Part shown: piece after piece, positions 1-8,110 of the stretch
Layout: each line of letters starts with the position of its first letter
Numbering within the stretch: position 1 is the first letter of the stretch
NCBI GenBank assembly: GCA_043753995.1
Contig: JAYUVP010000281.1
Span: 1-18,034, forward strand
Reading direction: 5' to 3'
DNA from: Fibrobacterota bacterium
GTDB lineage: Bacteria > Fibrobacterota > Fibrobacteria > UBA11236
Length of the DNA: 18,034 nt
Notes under the pieces: model-generated
What the model was told of the DNA's origin: nothing
Database searches by the model: none
The model's input: only the letters and a program-made list of their open reading frames with translations
Translations under genes and position numbers: made by a program

Positions 1-2
1 TA

Positions 3-725
3 CATCCCGGCGCGGGTGGTACCGAGTCTCAAGACTGGGCGCAAATGCTTTTACGCATGTATATCGCCTGGCTCGAAAAGCGCGGCTTTAAATATGACAT
101 CCTCGATGAGCAACCTGCGGAAGAGGCGGGCATTAAGAGCGCAACTCTCGAAGTGACGGGAGACTTCGCTTTTGGGTATTTGAAAAGCGAAATCGGCGTG
201 CATCGCCTAGTGCGCATTTCACCCTATGATGCCAATGCGCGACGGCACACGTCTTTTGCGGCCGTGTATGTGTATCCCGAGATCGAGGATGCCGAATACG
301 AAATCAATGAGTCCGACATCAAGGTCGACACCTTTCGCGCCGGCGGCGCGGGCGGACAGCATATCAATAAGACCGATTCAGCGGTGCGCATGACCCATAT
401 TCCCACAGGTATTGTAGTGGCTTGCCAAAACGAGCGCAGCCAGCATAAGAACCGCGCCAGCGCCATGAAAATGCTACGCGCCAAGGTGTATCAGAATCAT
501 CGCGATGAAGAAGAGAAAAAGCGCGAATCGAAAAAGGCCAGCAAGCTGAAAATCGAATGGGGCAGCCAAATCCGCAGCTATGTCTTGCAGCCATATCAAT
601 TGGTGAAAGACGTGCGAACCGACTATGAAACCTCGGATTCGCAAGGCGTGCTGAACGGCAATATCGACGGCTTCATCAATGCCTACTTATTGGCCCTGGA
701 CGCTGAAGCCACTGGTGGTGGTTAA
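3..725 (+). CDS. prfB: Peptide chain release factor 2, 5'-truncated by the window edge
   Basis: The frame is open from position 3 ([16 protein letters not shown]...), so ATG 45 is internal. It has [18 protein letters not shown] (SPF-type motif, here SPY), [19 protein letters not shown] (GGQ motif) and [13 protein letters not shown]. Confidence 0.97.
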   Translation, partial: HPGAGGTESQDWAQMLLRMYIAWLEKRGFKYDILDEQPAEEAGIKSATLEVTGDFAFGYLKSEIGVHRLVRISPYDANARRHTSFAAVYVYPEIEDAEYEINESDIKVDTFRAGGAGGQHINKTDSAVRMTHIPTGIVVACQNERSQHKNRASAMKMLRAKVYQNHRDEEEKKRESKKASKLKIEWGSQIRSYVLQPYQLVKDVRTDYETSDSQGVLNGNIDGFINAYLLALDAEATGGG

Positions 726-726
726 T

Positions 727-754
727 CGCTTCTGAGCCCTCAAGCTAAGAAGCG
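727..754. terminator. Hairpin between convergent prfB and ychJ; possible bidirectional terminator or 3' stabiliser
   Basis: CGCTTCT-G-AGC [CCTCAA] GCT-A-AGAAGCG gives a 10-bp stem with one mismatch and fills most of the 32-nt gap. There is no clear U-tract on either side. Confidence 0.45.
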
Positions 755-757
755 CCA

Positions 758-1249
758 TTAGCCATGGCACTTCTTGTATTTCTTTCCGCTGCCGCAGGGA
801 CAGGGGTCATTGCGGCCGATTTTCGGCCCCTCTAGTTTTACGGTTCTCACCGGCGGCACGCGTCCGTCTTCGAAAACCCAGGTGCCATTCAGTTTGTGAA
901 AGGTTGCCAGTTCATGGTGCTGGCCTGCTTTTTCCTGCTCGCGGAATTTGGCAATGAATTCTACTTGGCCAGCTTCATCGCCCGGCCCGCCTTTTTCAGT
1001 TGCGACGATTTCCAAGCCTTCCCATTGCGTATTCTTCGACCAATCTTCGGTCGTTTGTCGATCCGTGTCTTTCTGACGCGCGGGGGAAAGCGAATTCATG
1101 ATGAAATCGATTTCGTGACGCACAAAGGCCGTGTAGCGGGCCCGCATGACATCCGCGGCATATTCCGGGATTTTCAAGCCTCGGATAACCGGCTCACAGC
1201 ATTCGGAATAAGGCTTTTTGGTGTCGCAGGAGCAAAGATCAAGTCCCAT
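758..1249 (-). CDS. ychJ: YchJ (UPF0225) family protein with SEC-C metal-binding motifs
   Basis: N-terminal [13 protein letters not shown], core MRARYTAF...W.GLEI...G.VEF.A.F...HHE.A.F....G.W.F.DG, and C-terminal [23 protein letters not shown]. Confidence 0.9.
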   Translation of the reverse strand: MGLDLCSCDTKKPYSECCEPVIRGLKIPEYAADVMRARYTAFVRHEIDFIMNSLSPARQKDTDRQTTEDWSKNTQWEGLEIVATEKGGPGDEAGQVEFIAKFREQEKAGQHHELATFHKLNGTWVFEDGRVPPVRTVKLEGPKIGRNDPCPCGSGKKYKKCHG

Positions 1250-1294
1250 TTTTCGGCTCGCTCTGGTTGAATCGGGCCGGGAATGTTAACAATT

Positions 1295-2380
1295 TCAAAA
1301 AGAAACGGCCTTGAGGACGCGTTGATAAGAATCGACGGAAAGGCGATAAAAGGCCACCCCCGAAGCATGGCTTTGATTCAGGGCGAAGCGATGGAGTCCC
1401 GCATTCGCCTGGCCATGCCACAACTCGGTCCATTTTCCCTGCGGGTTCGCCCATTCGATGCGCACGAACGCCTTGCGTGAATTTGAAATCCGCAGCACCG
1501 AGTTTTTGCCGACACCTTCCTCTAAAGAAAGGGTGAATCCGCTTGCATCGATTTTGGTGGAACGATTTGCCGTTGTTTTGGGTTTGAGCACTTGGAATTC
1601 AAGCGGCTCACCCACGATGTAAAGCGTTCCCGTGGAAGTGTCCACAGCTATGCCTTCGGGTTTACTCATTCCCAAGGCAAGCGACGATAGCAATTGCCCT
1701 TGCGGATTATAGCCTTCCAATTTGTTGCCCTCTTGATTGACGAAAATAAAGTTTCCGTCATTGAGCGCATAAATATCCGCGACATCGCCGCTTTTATTCT
1801 CGATATTGAAAGGGTCATTGGGGAAGGACGCCGCGGGGTTTCCGTCGGAGTCGAGAGTCAAACGATACAGTCGCGGAGGCCCGATTTCCTTGGCCGCATA
1901 GACGGTATTTTTCGCTGCGCAATAGCTGACGCTTTCGATGCCGGAATTCGACATATTGGCCCCGATATTCAAGGCTTTGCCGCTAGACCAAGCCACGGGG
2001 CCGGTGCCAGCCCGAGGAAGTTTAATGCGCACAATATTCGCAAGCCCTTCTTCAGAGATGAAAAAGAAATCGTCGGACTGATAAGAAATGCCTTCGGGAT
2101 CTTGAAAGCCGGTCGTGGTGATGGAGCGCAACAAGATTCCGCTTGTACTCAATTCATAAACCACAGCATTGTCATTGTCGACCACATAAAGCGTCTTGGT
2201 CACGGGATGAAAAGCCACACCGGAAAAACTCTTGGCGGAAATGCCCGCCACGCTACCCACTTTCAGCGTGGCCTCGTAATTACCGAGGGATGCGGCCAGG
2301 GATTGAGCTTGGGGCAAACCCAAAGCAATGCTGAAGTACACCACTAGAGAGATGCTGCGTAAAGCGGCGTTTGCTGGCAT
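1295..2380 (-). CDS. Secreted SdiA-regulated (YjiK-like) beta-propeller protein with a probable C-terminal secretion-sorting domain
   Basis: Signal-peptide-like N-terminus and SD GGAGG upstream. Repeated blades FSGVAFHP, DPEGISY, NSGIESVSY..KE, KPEGIAVD..G.LYIVGEP. The C-terminal ~80 aa end in SGVAFYRL...KAVSF. Confidence 0.72.
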   Translation of the reverse strand: MPANAALRSISLVVYFSIALGLPQAQSLAASLGNYEATLKVGSVAGISAKSFSGVAFHPVTKTLYVVDNDNAVVYELSTSGILLRSITTTGFQDPEGISYQSDDFFFISEEGLANIVRIKLPRAGTGPVAWSSGKALNIGANMSNSGIESVSYCAAKNTVYAAKEIGPPRLYRLTLDSDGNPAASFPNDPFNIENKSGDVADIYALNDGNFIFVNQEGNKLEGYNPQGQLLSSLALGMSKPEGIAVDTSTGTLYIVGEPLEFQVLKPKTTANRSTKIDASGFTLSLEEGVGKNSVLRISNSRKAFVRIEWANPQGKWTELWHGQANAGLHRFALNQSHASGVAFYRLSVDSYQRVLKAVSF

Positions 2381-2524
2381 TTTCCCTCCAAGCTCGGATA
2401 GCCTTAGCCTGCAAAGTAGTGCCGCGAGGTCTGAAAATCAGCGGTATTTCAAAGGCAATTCCCGTGTACCAGATAGAGCACATTTAGGGGTTCACTGCGT
2501 CTCGATTCGTATAACTTTTAATTC

Positions 2525-3370
2525 ATGCGCCTACTCCAAATCGATAGCTTCACCAGTCAACCCTTTCGCGGCAATCCTGCCGGCTTTTGCCTTTTGCCAG
2601 CTCCTGCTTCGGAGGCTTGGATGCAAAATGTGGCAAGCGAGATGAACCTTTCGGAAACCGCATTTTGTTGGCTGCTCCCTGAAGACCTAGGCTTGCAGCA
2701 GCCTGCGTCCCATTACGGTATTCGGTTTTTCACGCCGACCCAAGAGGTTCCGCTCTGCGGGCATGCCACCTTGGCCTCCGCTTTCGCGATTTTGAAATTC
2801 CAGGCGGACAGCAAAAATATCGGACTTAAGGAAGTGACCTTTCATGCCGCTGGCGGAATCCTGATATGCCGTCTCGGGGAAGGCCAAAGCATAGTGATGG
2901 ATTTCCCCGCAGCCTTGCCGAACGAAGTGCCGGTGCTTGAGGCCTATTCTCGCATCGCTGGCCAGCCTATACTTGAAGCCGCGCGACGCGGCGATTGGCT
3001 GGTTTTACGACTAGAGACACCCGAAGCGGTACGCGGAGCGAATCCGGATTTGGCGTCCTTGGTGAAAGAGGGGCATGGCCATCTAATACTCACAGCCGAA
3101 GGCGGGAATGGCGACTTCGTCGGATATGACATGGTCTCGCGTGTATTTGCACCCGGTGCCGGTATTCCTGAAGATCCCGTGACTGGATTTGCCCACACCT
3201 TGCTGGCACCCTTTTGGGCGGCAAAGCTGGGCAAGGCCAACTTGAATTGCTTTCAGGTTTCTCGACGCGGCGGCTCCTTGCAAGCGCACCTAGTCGGAGA
3301 CCGCGTTCACCTCAGCGGAGAAGCGGTACTCGTCTTTGAAATTCAACTCGCTTCGCCAGCTCTACCTTAA
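2525..3370 (+). CDS. PhzF family (diaminopimelate epimerase-like fold) protein
   Basis: DSFTSQPFRGNPAG, A.EMNLSETAF, IRFFTP..EVPLCGHATLA, SRVFAP..GI.EDPVTG.AH. Confidence 0.93.
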   Translation: MRLLQIDSFTSQPFRGNPAGFCLLPAPASEAWMQNVASEMNLSETAFCWLLPEDLGLQQPASHYGIRFFTPTQEVPLCGHATLASAFAILKFQADSKNIGLKEVTFHAAGGILICRLGEGQSIVMDFPAALPNEVPVLEAYSRIAGQPILEAARRGDWLVLRLETPEAVRGANPDLASLVKEGHGHLILTAEGGNGDFVGYDMVSRVFAPGAGIPEDPVTGFAHTLLAPFWAAKLGKANLNCFQVSRRGGSLQAHLVGDRVHLSGEAVLVFEIQLASPALP

Positions 3371-3383
3371 GAGTCGAACAGGT

Positions 3384-4991
3384 CTAATCGTCAGCGCGCA
3401 GGGCGACGAAATTACTGCTGCCTTTGAACCAAACCTTGAAGGCAATGCGATCGCCTTTCTTCAGCGACTTGACGGCCTCCAGCAATTTCTTGGGTGAGTC
3501 GATGGCGATGAAGGCTCCGTCATTTTGGCGTTTGTAGGCGGTGATGACCACGCCTTCGACAAAGCCAGCTTCAGCGGCGCTGCTGCCATCGCTCACCGTT
3601 TGAATGATGACGCCTTTGATCTCTTTGGGAATATCATTGGCCTGGCGGGCAGCGGCGGTGATTTCGCCAAAGCGGAAGCCCAGTTTCTTACTCAAATAAT
3701 TGCCATTGCCTTCTTCCATTTCCAGCTCTTGCGGGCCATCGGCGTCATCGGCTGCATCGTCATCGGGTTTGGCGCCGACCTTGATGGAAAGCGTCAGGGG
3801 CTTGCCGTCGCGCAAAATTTCAAAATCGTATTTATCGCTTGGATGCATGTCGGCGACTTTATTGCGCAAGTCCGAAGCATCGGCCACCTTGCCGCCACCT
3901 GCTTTCAAAATCACATCGCCGTCGATAAGGCCACCCTTTTGTCCTGGCGAACCCTTCATGACTTCGCGTACCAAGCAACCTTCGGTGCCTTGCAAGCCGA
4001 GGGCCACCGCCAGATTTTCGCTGACATTGTCAATGCCGACACCGAGATAACCGCGAATGACCTTGCCCTCATAAATCAAGTCTTCGGCGACCTTGAGGGC
4101 CATATTCACGGGAATGGCAAAACTCACACCCATGAATCCACCGGTGCGTGTGTAAATGCTGGAATTGACACCGATGACTTCGCCGCGCAAATTCACCAAG
4201 GGCCCGCCGCTATTGCCGGGATTCACTGCTGCATCGGTTTGTATGAAATCTTGATAAGCGTCTCCGCCGCCCATTTGATCGCGTCGGCCTTTGGCCGACA
4301 CAATGCCGGTGGTCACCGTATTGCGGAGCATGAAGGGATTGCCGATGGCCAGTACCCATTCGCCGATGCTGACCTTGCGGGCATCGCCGAAGTCGACCGG
4401 GAAAAGTTCTTCGGGCTTGGCATCGATTTTCAGTACGGCCACGTCGCTTTTTTTGTCGACGCCAATCACCTTGGCCGTGTAATTCTTTTGATTCATGAGC
4501 CCGACCTTGACGACGTCGGCATTTTCCACCACATGGGCATTGGTGAAGATATAGCCCTGCTTGCTCACCACGAACCCCGACCCTCCGCCCAAGGGAAGAT
4601 TCTTGCGAGGGCCTTTGTCTTCGGGTTGAGGCGGCATGGGCATGCCGAAGAATTCATATAGGGGATTATTCTGCCCCGGTTGCTCCTTGGACCATTTCTT
4701 TTCCGAAGTCACGCTCACCACGCTGGGGGAGACGGCTTCCACGACTTTCTCAAAAAGGCGGTTGATTTTGTCTACGGCATCAGCGTCGGTGGATGCTCCT
4801 TTGCCCTGGCCTAATTCGATAGACCCGCGCTTCGGGCGAGCCTCGACTTTGTCGCCCTCTTTCGCTTGGGGGAGGGCACAGAGTAGGCACAAGGCGGCGC
4901 CAGCGTAAATAAGGCGGTACTTGGCACCGAATGGGCGGTAAAAAGAGGTTTTGTCTTGATTTGGTAAGGGATTTGGTAAGGAAAGGGACAT
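3384..4991 (-). CDS. HtrA/DegP/DegQ (Do family) serine endoprotease with two PDZ domains
   Basis: Catalytic triad motifs TNAHVV, DVAVL and IQTDAAVNPGNSGGPL. PDZ1 RGYLGV..., PDZ2 KLGF...GV.I..V..GS.AAEAG. SD GAGGA lies about 8 nt before ATG 4991. Confidence 0.95.
   Translation of the reverse strand: MSLSLPNPLPNQDKTSFYRPFGAKYRLIYAGAALCLLCALPQAKEGDKVEARPKRGSIELGQGKGASTDADAVDKINRLFEKVVEAVSPSVVSVTSEKKWSKEQPGQNNPLYEFFGMPMPPQPEDKGPRKNLPLGGGSGFVVSKQGYIFTNAHVVENADVVKVGLMNQKNYTAKVIGVDKKSDVAVLKIDAKPEELFPVDFGDARKVSIGEWVLAIGNPFMLRNTVTTGIVSAKGRRDQMGGGDAYQDFIQTDAAVNPGNSGGPLVNLRGEVIGVNSSIYTRTGGFMGVSFAIPVNMALKVAEDLIYEGKVIRGYLGVGIDNVSENLAVALGLQGTEGCLVREVMKGSPGQKGGLIDGDVILKAGGGKVADASDLRNKVADMHPSDKYDFEILRDGKPLTLSIKVGAKPDDDAADDADGPQELEMEEGNGNYLSKKLGFRFGEITAAARQANDIPKEIKGVIIQTVSDGSSAAEAGFVEGVVITAYKRQNDGAFIAIDSPKKLLEAVKSLKKGDRIAFKVWFKGSSNFVALRADD
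4958..4981. repeat. Perfect 12-bp tandem duplication (GATTTGGTAAGG)x2 in the first codons of htrA
   Basis: 4958-4969 and 4970-4981 are identical. The repeat is in frame on the minus strand and encodes LPNP-LPNQ. Confidence 0.9.
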
Positions 4992-5042
4992 GGATGGCTT
5001 CCTCGGTTAGTCTGGGAAATACGGTACAAAACTCGCGAAATG

Positions 5043-5105
5043 GGGGCCGGTCTCAAACTCCTATCGCCGCCAATCGACTGTAAAAGGAGTTTTAAGACGG
5101 GCTCT
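5043..5105. repeat. Long imperfect inverted repeat in the htrA/gndA divergent intergenic region
   Basis: GGGCC-G-GTCT-C-AAACTCCT (5044-5062) pairs with AGGAGTTT-TA-AGAC-G-GGCTC (5085-5104) around a 22-nt loop. Confidence 0.65.
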
Positions 5106-5167
5106 AAAATCAGCCTCGGGGGTGCTAATTTTACGCGTCTCCATTTAATTCCAAGGTGAATTCCAGC

Positions 5168-6595
5168 ATGGCACAATCAGCAACCGCAGACATCGGCCTC
5201 ATCGGCCTCGCCGTCATGGGCGAAAACCTCGTCCTCAATATGGAAAGCCGCGGTTATACGGTTGCGGTTTACAATCGCACTACGGCCAAGGTCGACGAAT
5301 TGGTGCAAGGTCGGGGCAAGGGCAAGAAGTTGGTTGGCGCGCACACCATTCCTGAATTCGTTGCATCGCTCAAAGCACCCCGCAAAATCATGTGCATGGT
5401 GAAAGCCGGACCTGCCGTCGATGATTTGATCGAACAGTTGATTCCGCATTTGGCTCCTGGCGACATTTTGATCGACGGTGGCAATAGCTTTTTCCCCGAC
5501 ACCATTCGCCGCACTGCCTATCTCGAAAAGAAGGGCTTTCGCTTTTTGGGCGCGGGTGTTTCTGGCGGTGAAGAAGGTGCGCTCAAAGGCCCTAGCATTA
5601 TGCCGGGCGGCAGCACTTCCGCTTGGCCTGAAGTGAAGCCTATTTTCCAAGCCATCTCGGCCAAGGTCGGACCGAATAAAGACATTCCCTGTTGCGACTG
5701 GGTCGGCGCGGACGGCGCGGGCCATTATGTCAAGATGGTGCACAATGGCATTGAATACGGCGACATGCAGCTCATCTGCGAGGCCTATGCCATCATGCGC
5801 CAGGTGCTTGGCCTCACCCCGCTCGAAATGCAAAAAGTTTTCACCGAGTGGAATCAAGGCCCGCTCGACTCTTATCTCATCGAAATCACCCGCGACATTT
5901 TGGGCAAGGTCGATCCCGAGACCGGCAAACCCATGGTCGATGTGATTCTCGATCGCGCCGGGCAAAAGGGCACGGGCAAGTGGACCTCGCAAAACTCTCT
6001 CGATCTCGGCATAGCCATTCCCGTCATGATGGAAGCCGTCGAAGCACGCTGCCTCTCCGCCGTAAAAGAAGAGCGCGTGGCCGCCAGCAAGCACTTCACC
6101 GGTCCGAAATACACTTTGACCAAGGACAAGGAAGTCATTCTAAAGGCCATTCACGACGCTTTATACGCCTCGAAAATCATGAGCTATGCTCAAGGCTTTC
6201 AGCTCATGCAAGCGGCCGCCAAGGAATACAAATGGCAGCTCAATTATGGCTCCATCGCCTATTTGTGGCGCGGCGGTTGCATCATTCGCGCCCGCTTCCT
6301 CGAAGAAATCAAAAAGGCCTTTGATGTGCAGCCCAATTTGGCCAATCTCATCTTGGCACCTTATTTCACCGACGTAATTCAAAAGAGCGAAGCGAATTGG
6401 CGATTGGCGGTGGGCGAGGCCATTGCCGCGGGCATTCCAGTGCCTGCCTTTTCCTCGGCACTTTCCTATTTCGATGCCTATCGCAGCGCCACCTTGCCCG
6501 CCAATCTCTTGCAGGCCCAGCGCGATTATTTCGGAGCGCACACCTTCGAGCGCGTCGACAAGCCAGGTAATTTCCACTTTGAGTGGCTTGCCTAA
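5168..6595 (+). CDS. gndA: NADP-dependent 6-phosphogluconate dehydrogenase (decarboxylating)
   Basis: [82 protein letters not shown] 5168 is preferred over GTG 5156 because AAGGTG (5153-5158) is suitably spaced. Confidence 0.98.
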   Translation: MAQSATADIGLIGLAVMGENLVLNMESRGYTVAVYNRTTAKVDELVQGRGKGKKLVGAHTIPEFVASLKAPRKIMCMVKAGPAVDDLIEQLIPHLAPGDILIDGGNSFFPDTIRRTAYLEKKGFRFLGAGVSGGEEGALKGPSIMPGGSTSAWPEVKPIFQAISAKVGPNKDIPCCDWVGADGAGHYVKMVHNGIEYGDMQLICEAYAIMRQVLGLTPLEMQKVFTEWNQGPLDSYLIEITRDILGKVDPETGKPMVDVILDRAGQKGTGKWTSQNSLDLGIAIPVMMEAVEARCLSAVKEERVAASKHFTGPKYTLTKDKEVILKAIHDALYASKIMSYAQGFQLMQAAAKEYKWQLNYGSIAYLWRGGCIIRARFLEEIKKAFDVQPNLANLILAPYFTDVIQKSEANWRLAVGEAIAAGIPVPAFSSALSYFDAYRSATLPANLLQAQRDYFGAHTFERVDKPGNFHFEWLA

Positions 6596-6607
6596 AGAAT
6601 TAGGGAC

Positions 6608-6650
6608 GCGCTTGTTTCGGCATCACGCCGAATCAGGCGCTTGTACTTTA
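6608..6650 (+). terminator. Probable intrinsic terminator of gndA
   Basis: GCGCTTG-T-TTCGGC [ATCAC] GCCGAA-T-CAGGCGC followed by TTGTACTTTA, 12 nt after the stop codon. Confidence 0.65.
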
Positions 6651-6661
6651 TCCGCTTTCAC

Positions 6662-7987
6662 ATGAATCTTTTTTTTCAGACTTCCGCGCCTCGAATGAGG
6701 CGCTTTTTGCTTGCCTCGGCAATTGCGCTTGGGGCTTTCCCTGCCGCCATCGCGGCCAGAAGCGAAGCGCCATGCCCCAGGGAAATGCAAGGGGATACCA
6801 TTGCCTCCATCGCTTTCACGGGCTTACGGCATACGCGCGAAAGCGTGGTGCAGCGACAATTGCAACACCGCGTGGGCCAATCCTTTACCTGCCAAACTTG
6901 GGAAAAGGAAAAAAATCGCCTCAGCGATCTCGACGTTTTTGCCGATATCGATTTGCAAATCGACCGGGATAGCAATGGCTTGGCTCTCCTATATCGATTC
7001 AAAGAGTTACCGCCTTATGTCCCTTATGCTTCCTTAGCCAAAACCGATCAAGACGGCTTTAGTGCGGGCCCGGCCGTGGCCGCTCTCAACCTATTTGGAA
7101 CCGGGGCGCATCTGGAATTGGCCTCACGCTTTGGCGGCACAACCGAAGTCTATGCTTCCCTGGTAGGCATTGAAGTCGGCACCTGGCCCTTGGAATACGA
7201 TGTCTTGCTGTCTCATGTCGACAGTTGGAATCACTTGCAATCCTTTCATGAGAATTCGTGGCGTTTTAAAGTCGATGCGAAAAAGCCCCTATTCAGTAAA
7301 TGGAAAGGCGTCTTCACAGGCGAGATCATGACTTTAAGCGCCGATCGCCCTGGAGTCACCCTCACCGGCGGCAGCGATGAATTGCCCAGACTTGGAGCCG
7401 GGTTGGCCTGGGATGGCCGCGATCGTCGCCATTTGCCTCGTTTGGGTGTTTACGCCGAAGCCCGGGTGGCTCAAACTGGGGGTTGGCTGGGCGGGGCCGC
7501 TGACAATACCGAATTTCTCACCGATTTACGCGCTTATTTACCGCTTGGAGCCCGGAATAACTTGGTGGCGAGTTGGCTGAATCGCTGGCGCATAGGCGAA
7601 GTGGGCAGTTATGACTTGTATCGCGCCGGGGGAGCCAATTCCTTGCGGGGCTTTTCCCATGGAAGCGGGGTGGGGAAGAGCGAAAGTATTGCCTTTTTGG
7701 AAGATCGCTTCACCTTGATGCCCCATCGCAGCTTTGCCCTGTGGAATTGGGCCATACCCCTGGGCATAGAAGCCGTGGCGGGCTGTGAAGTCTTAGCCGA
7801 AGGCGGCCTGGTGGAGAAGGCTTTGAGCAAGCGTACCTATTTGTCCACTTATTTGGGAATACACCTGTTAACGGGTGGTTTGGACCGTATTCGCTTGGAA
7901 GGCGGGTCCAATATCTCAAGCTGGGGCCCCAATTTCGACACCGGTTTCTTCGATAAGGCCGATGCCCAGCGTTTCCGCACCCGGTGA
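6662..7987 (+). CDS. Omp85 superfamily (BamA/TamA-like) outer membrane protein with a single POTRA domain
   Basis: Signal peptide MRRFLLASAIALGAFPAAIAA (start is ATG 6662 or 6695). POTRA I..I.F.GL.HTRESVV.R.L...G..F......RL..L.VF, NLFGTG at the barrel start, WDGRD...PR.G, and loop-6 motif GGANSLRGF. Confidence 0.82.
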   Translation: MNLFFQTSAPRMRRFLLASAIALGAFPAAIAARSEAPCPREMQGDTIASIAFTGLRHTRESVVQRQLQHRVGQSFTCQTWEKEKNRLSDLDVFADIDLQIDRDSNGLALLYRFKELPPYVPYASLAKTDQDGFSAGPAVAALNLFGTGAHLELASRFGGTTEVYASLVGIEVGTWPLEYDVLLSHVDSWNHLQSFHENSWRFKVDAKKPLFSKWKGVFTGEIMTLSADRPGVTLTGGSDELPRLGAGLAWDGRDRRHLPRLGVYAEARVAQTGGWLGGAADNTEFLTDLRAYLPLGARNNLVASWLNRWRIGEVGSYDLYRAGGANSLRGFSHGSGVGKSESIAFLEDRFTLMPHRSFALWNWAIPLGIEAVAGCEVLAEGGLVEKALSKRTYLSTYLGIHLLTGGLDRIRLEGGSNISSWGPNFDTGFFDKADAQRFRTR

Positions 7988-8110
7988 TCGGGTCCGGGCG
8001 GTATATTTCTTCTGCTCGGCAGACCATGTAGTTTGCTGCCAGCTTGGCAATTCAAGTCTTAGCCAGCGTCGTGTTTACGCTCGCTAGCGAATAGGAAGGT
8101 CTCAAGACCG

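Noticed and set aside
1..44. prfB programmed +1 frameshift site
   Set aside because: It would lie near the gene start, upstream of this window, so it cannot be assessed.
2525..3370. Phenazine biosynthesis cluster
   Set aside because: This is a lone PhzF-family gene with no other phz genes, and such solo homologues are widespread.
3525..4661. 378-aa antisense ORF over htrA, and similar ones at 5177..6094, 1694..2347, 8978..9652, 13683..14456 and 14571..15329
   Set aside because: These are shadow ORFs opposite better-supported genes. They show no recognisable motifs and are expected from codon bias at this GC content.
7988..8110. Cobalamin riboswitch upstream of the B12 radical SAM gene
   Set aside because: Fragments such as AGCCAG, GGAAGG and AGACC occur, but the AGGGAA, GCCACTG and contiguous B12-box elements are missing and the order is wrong.
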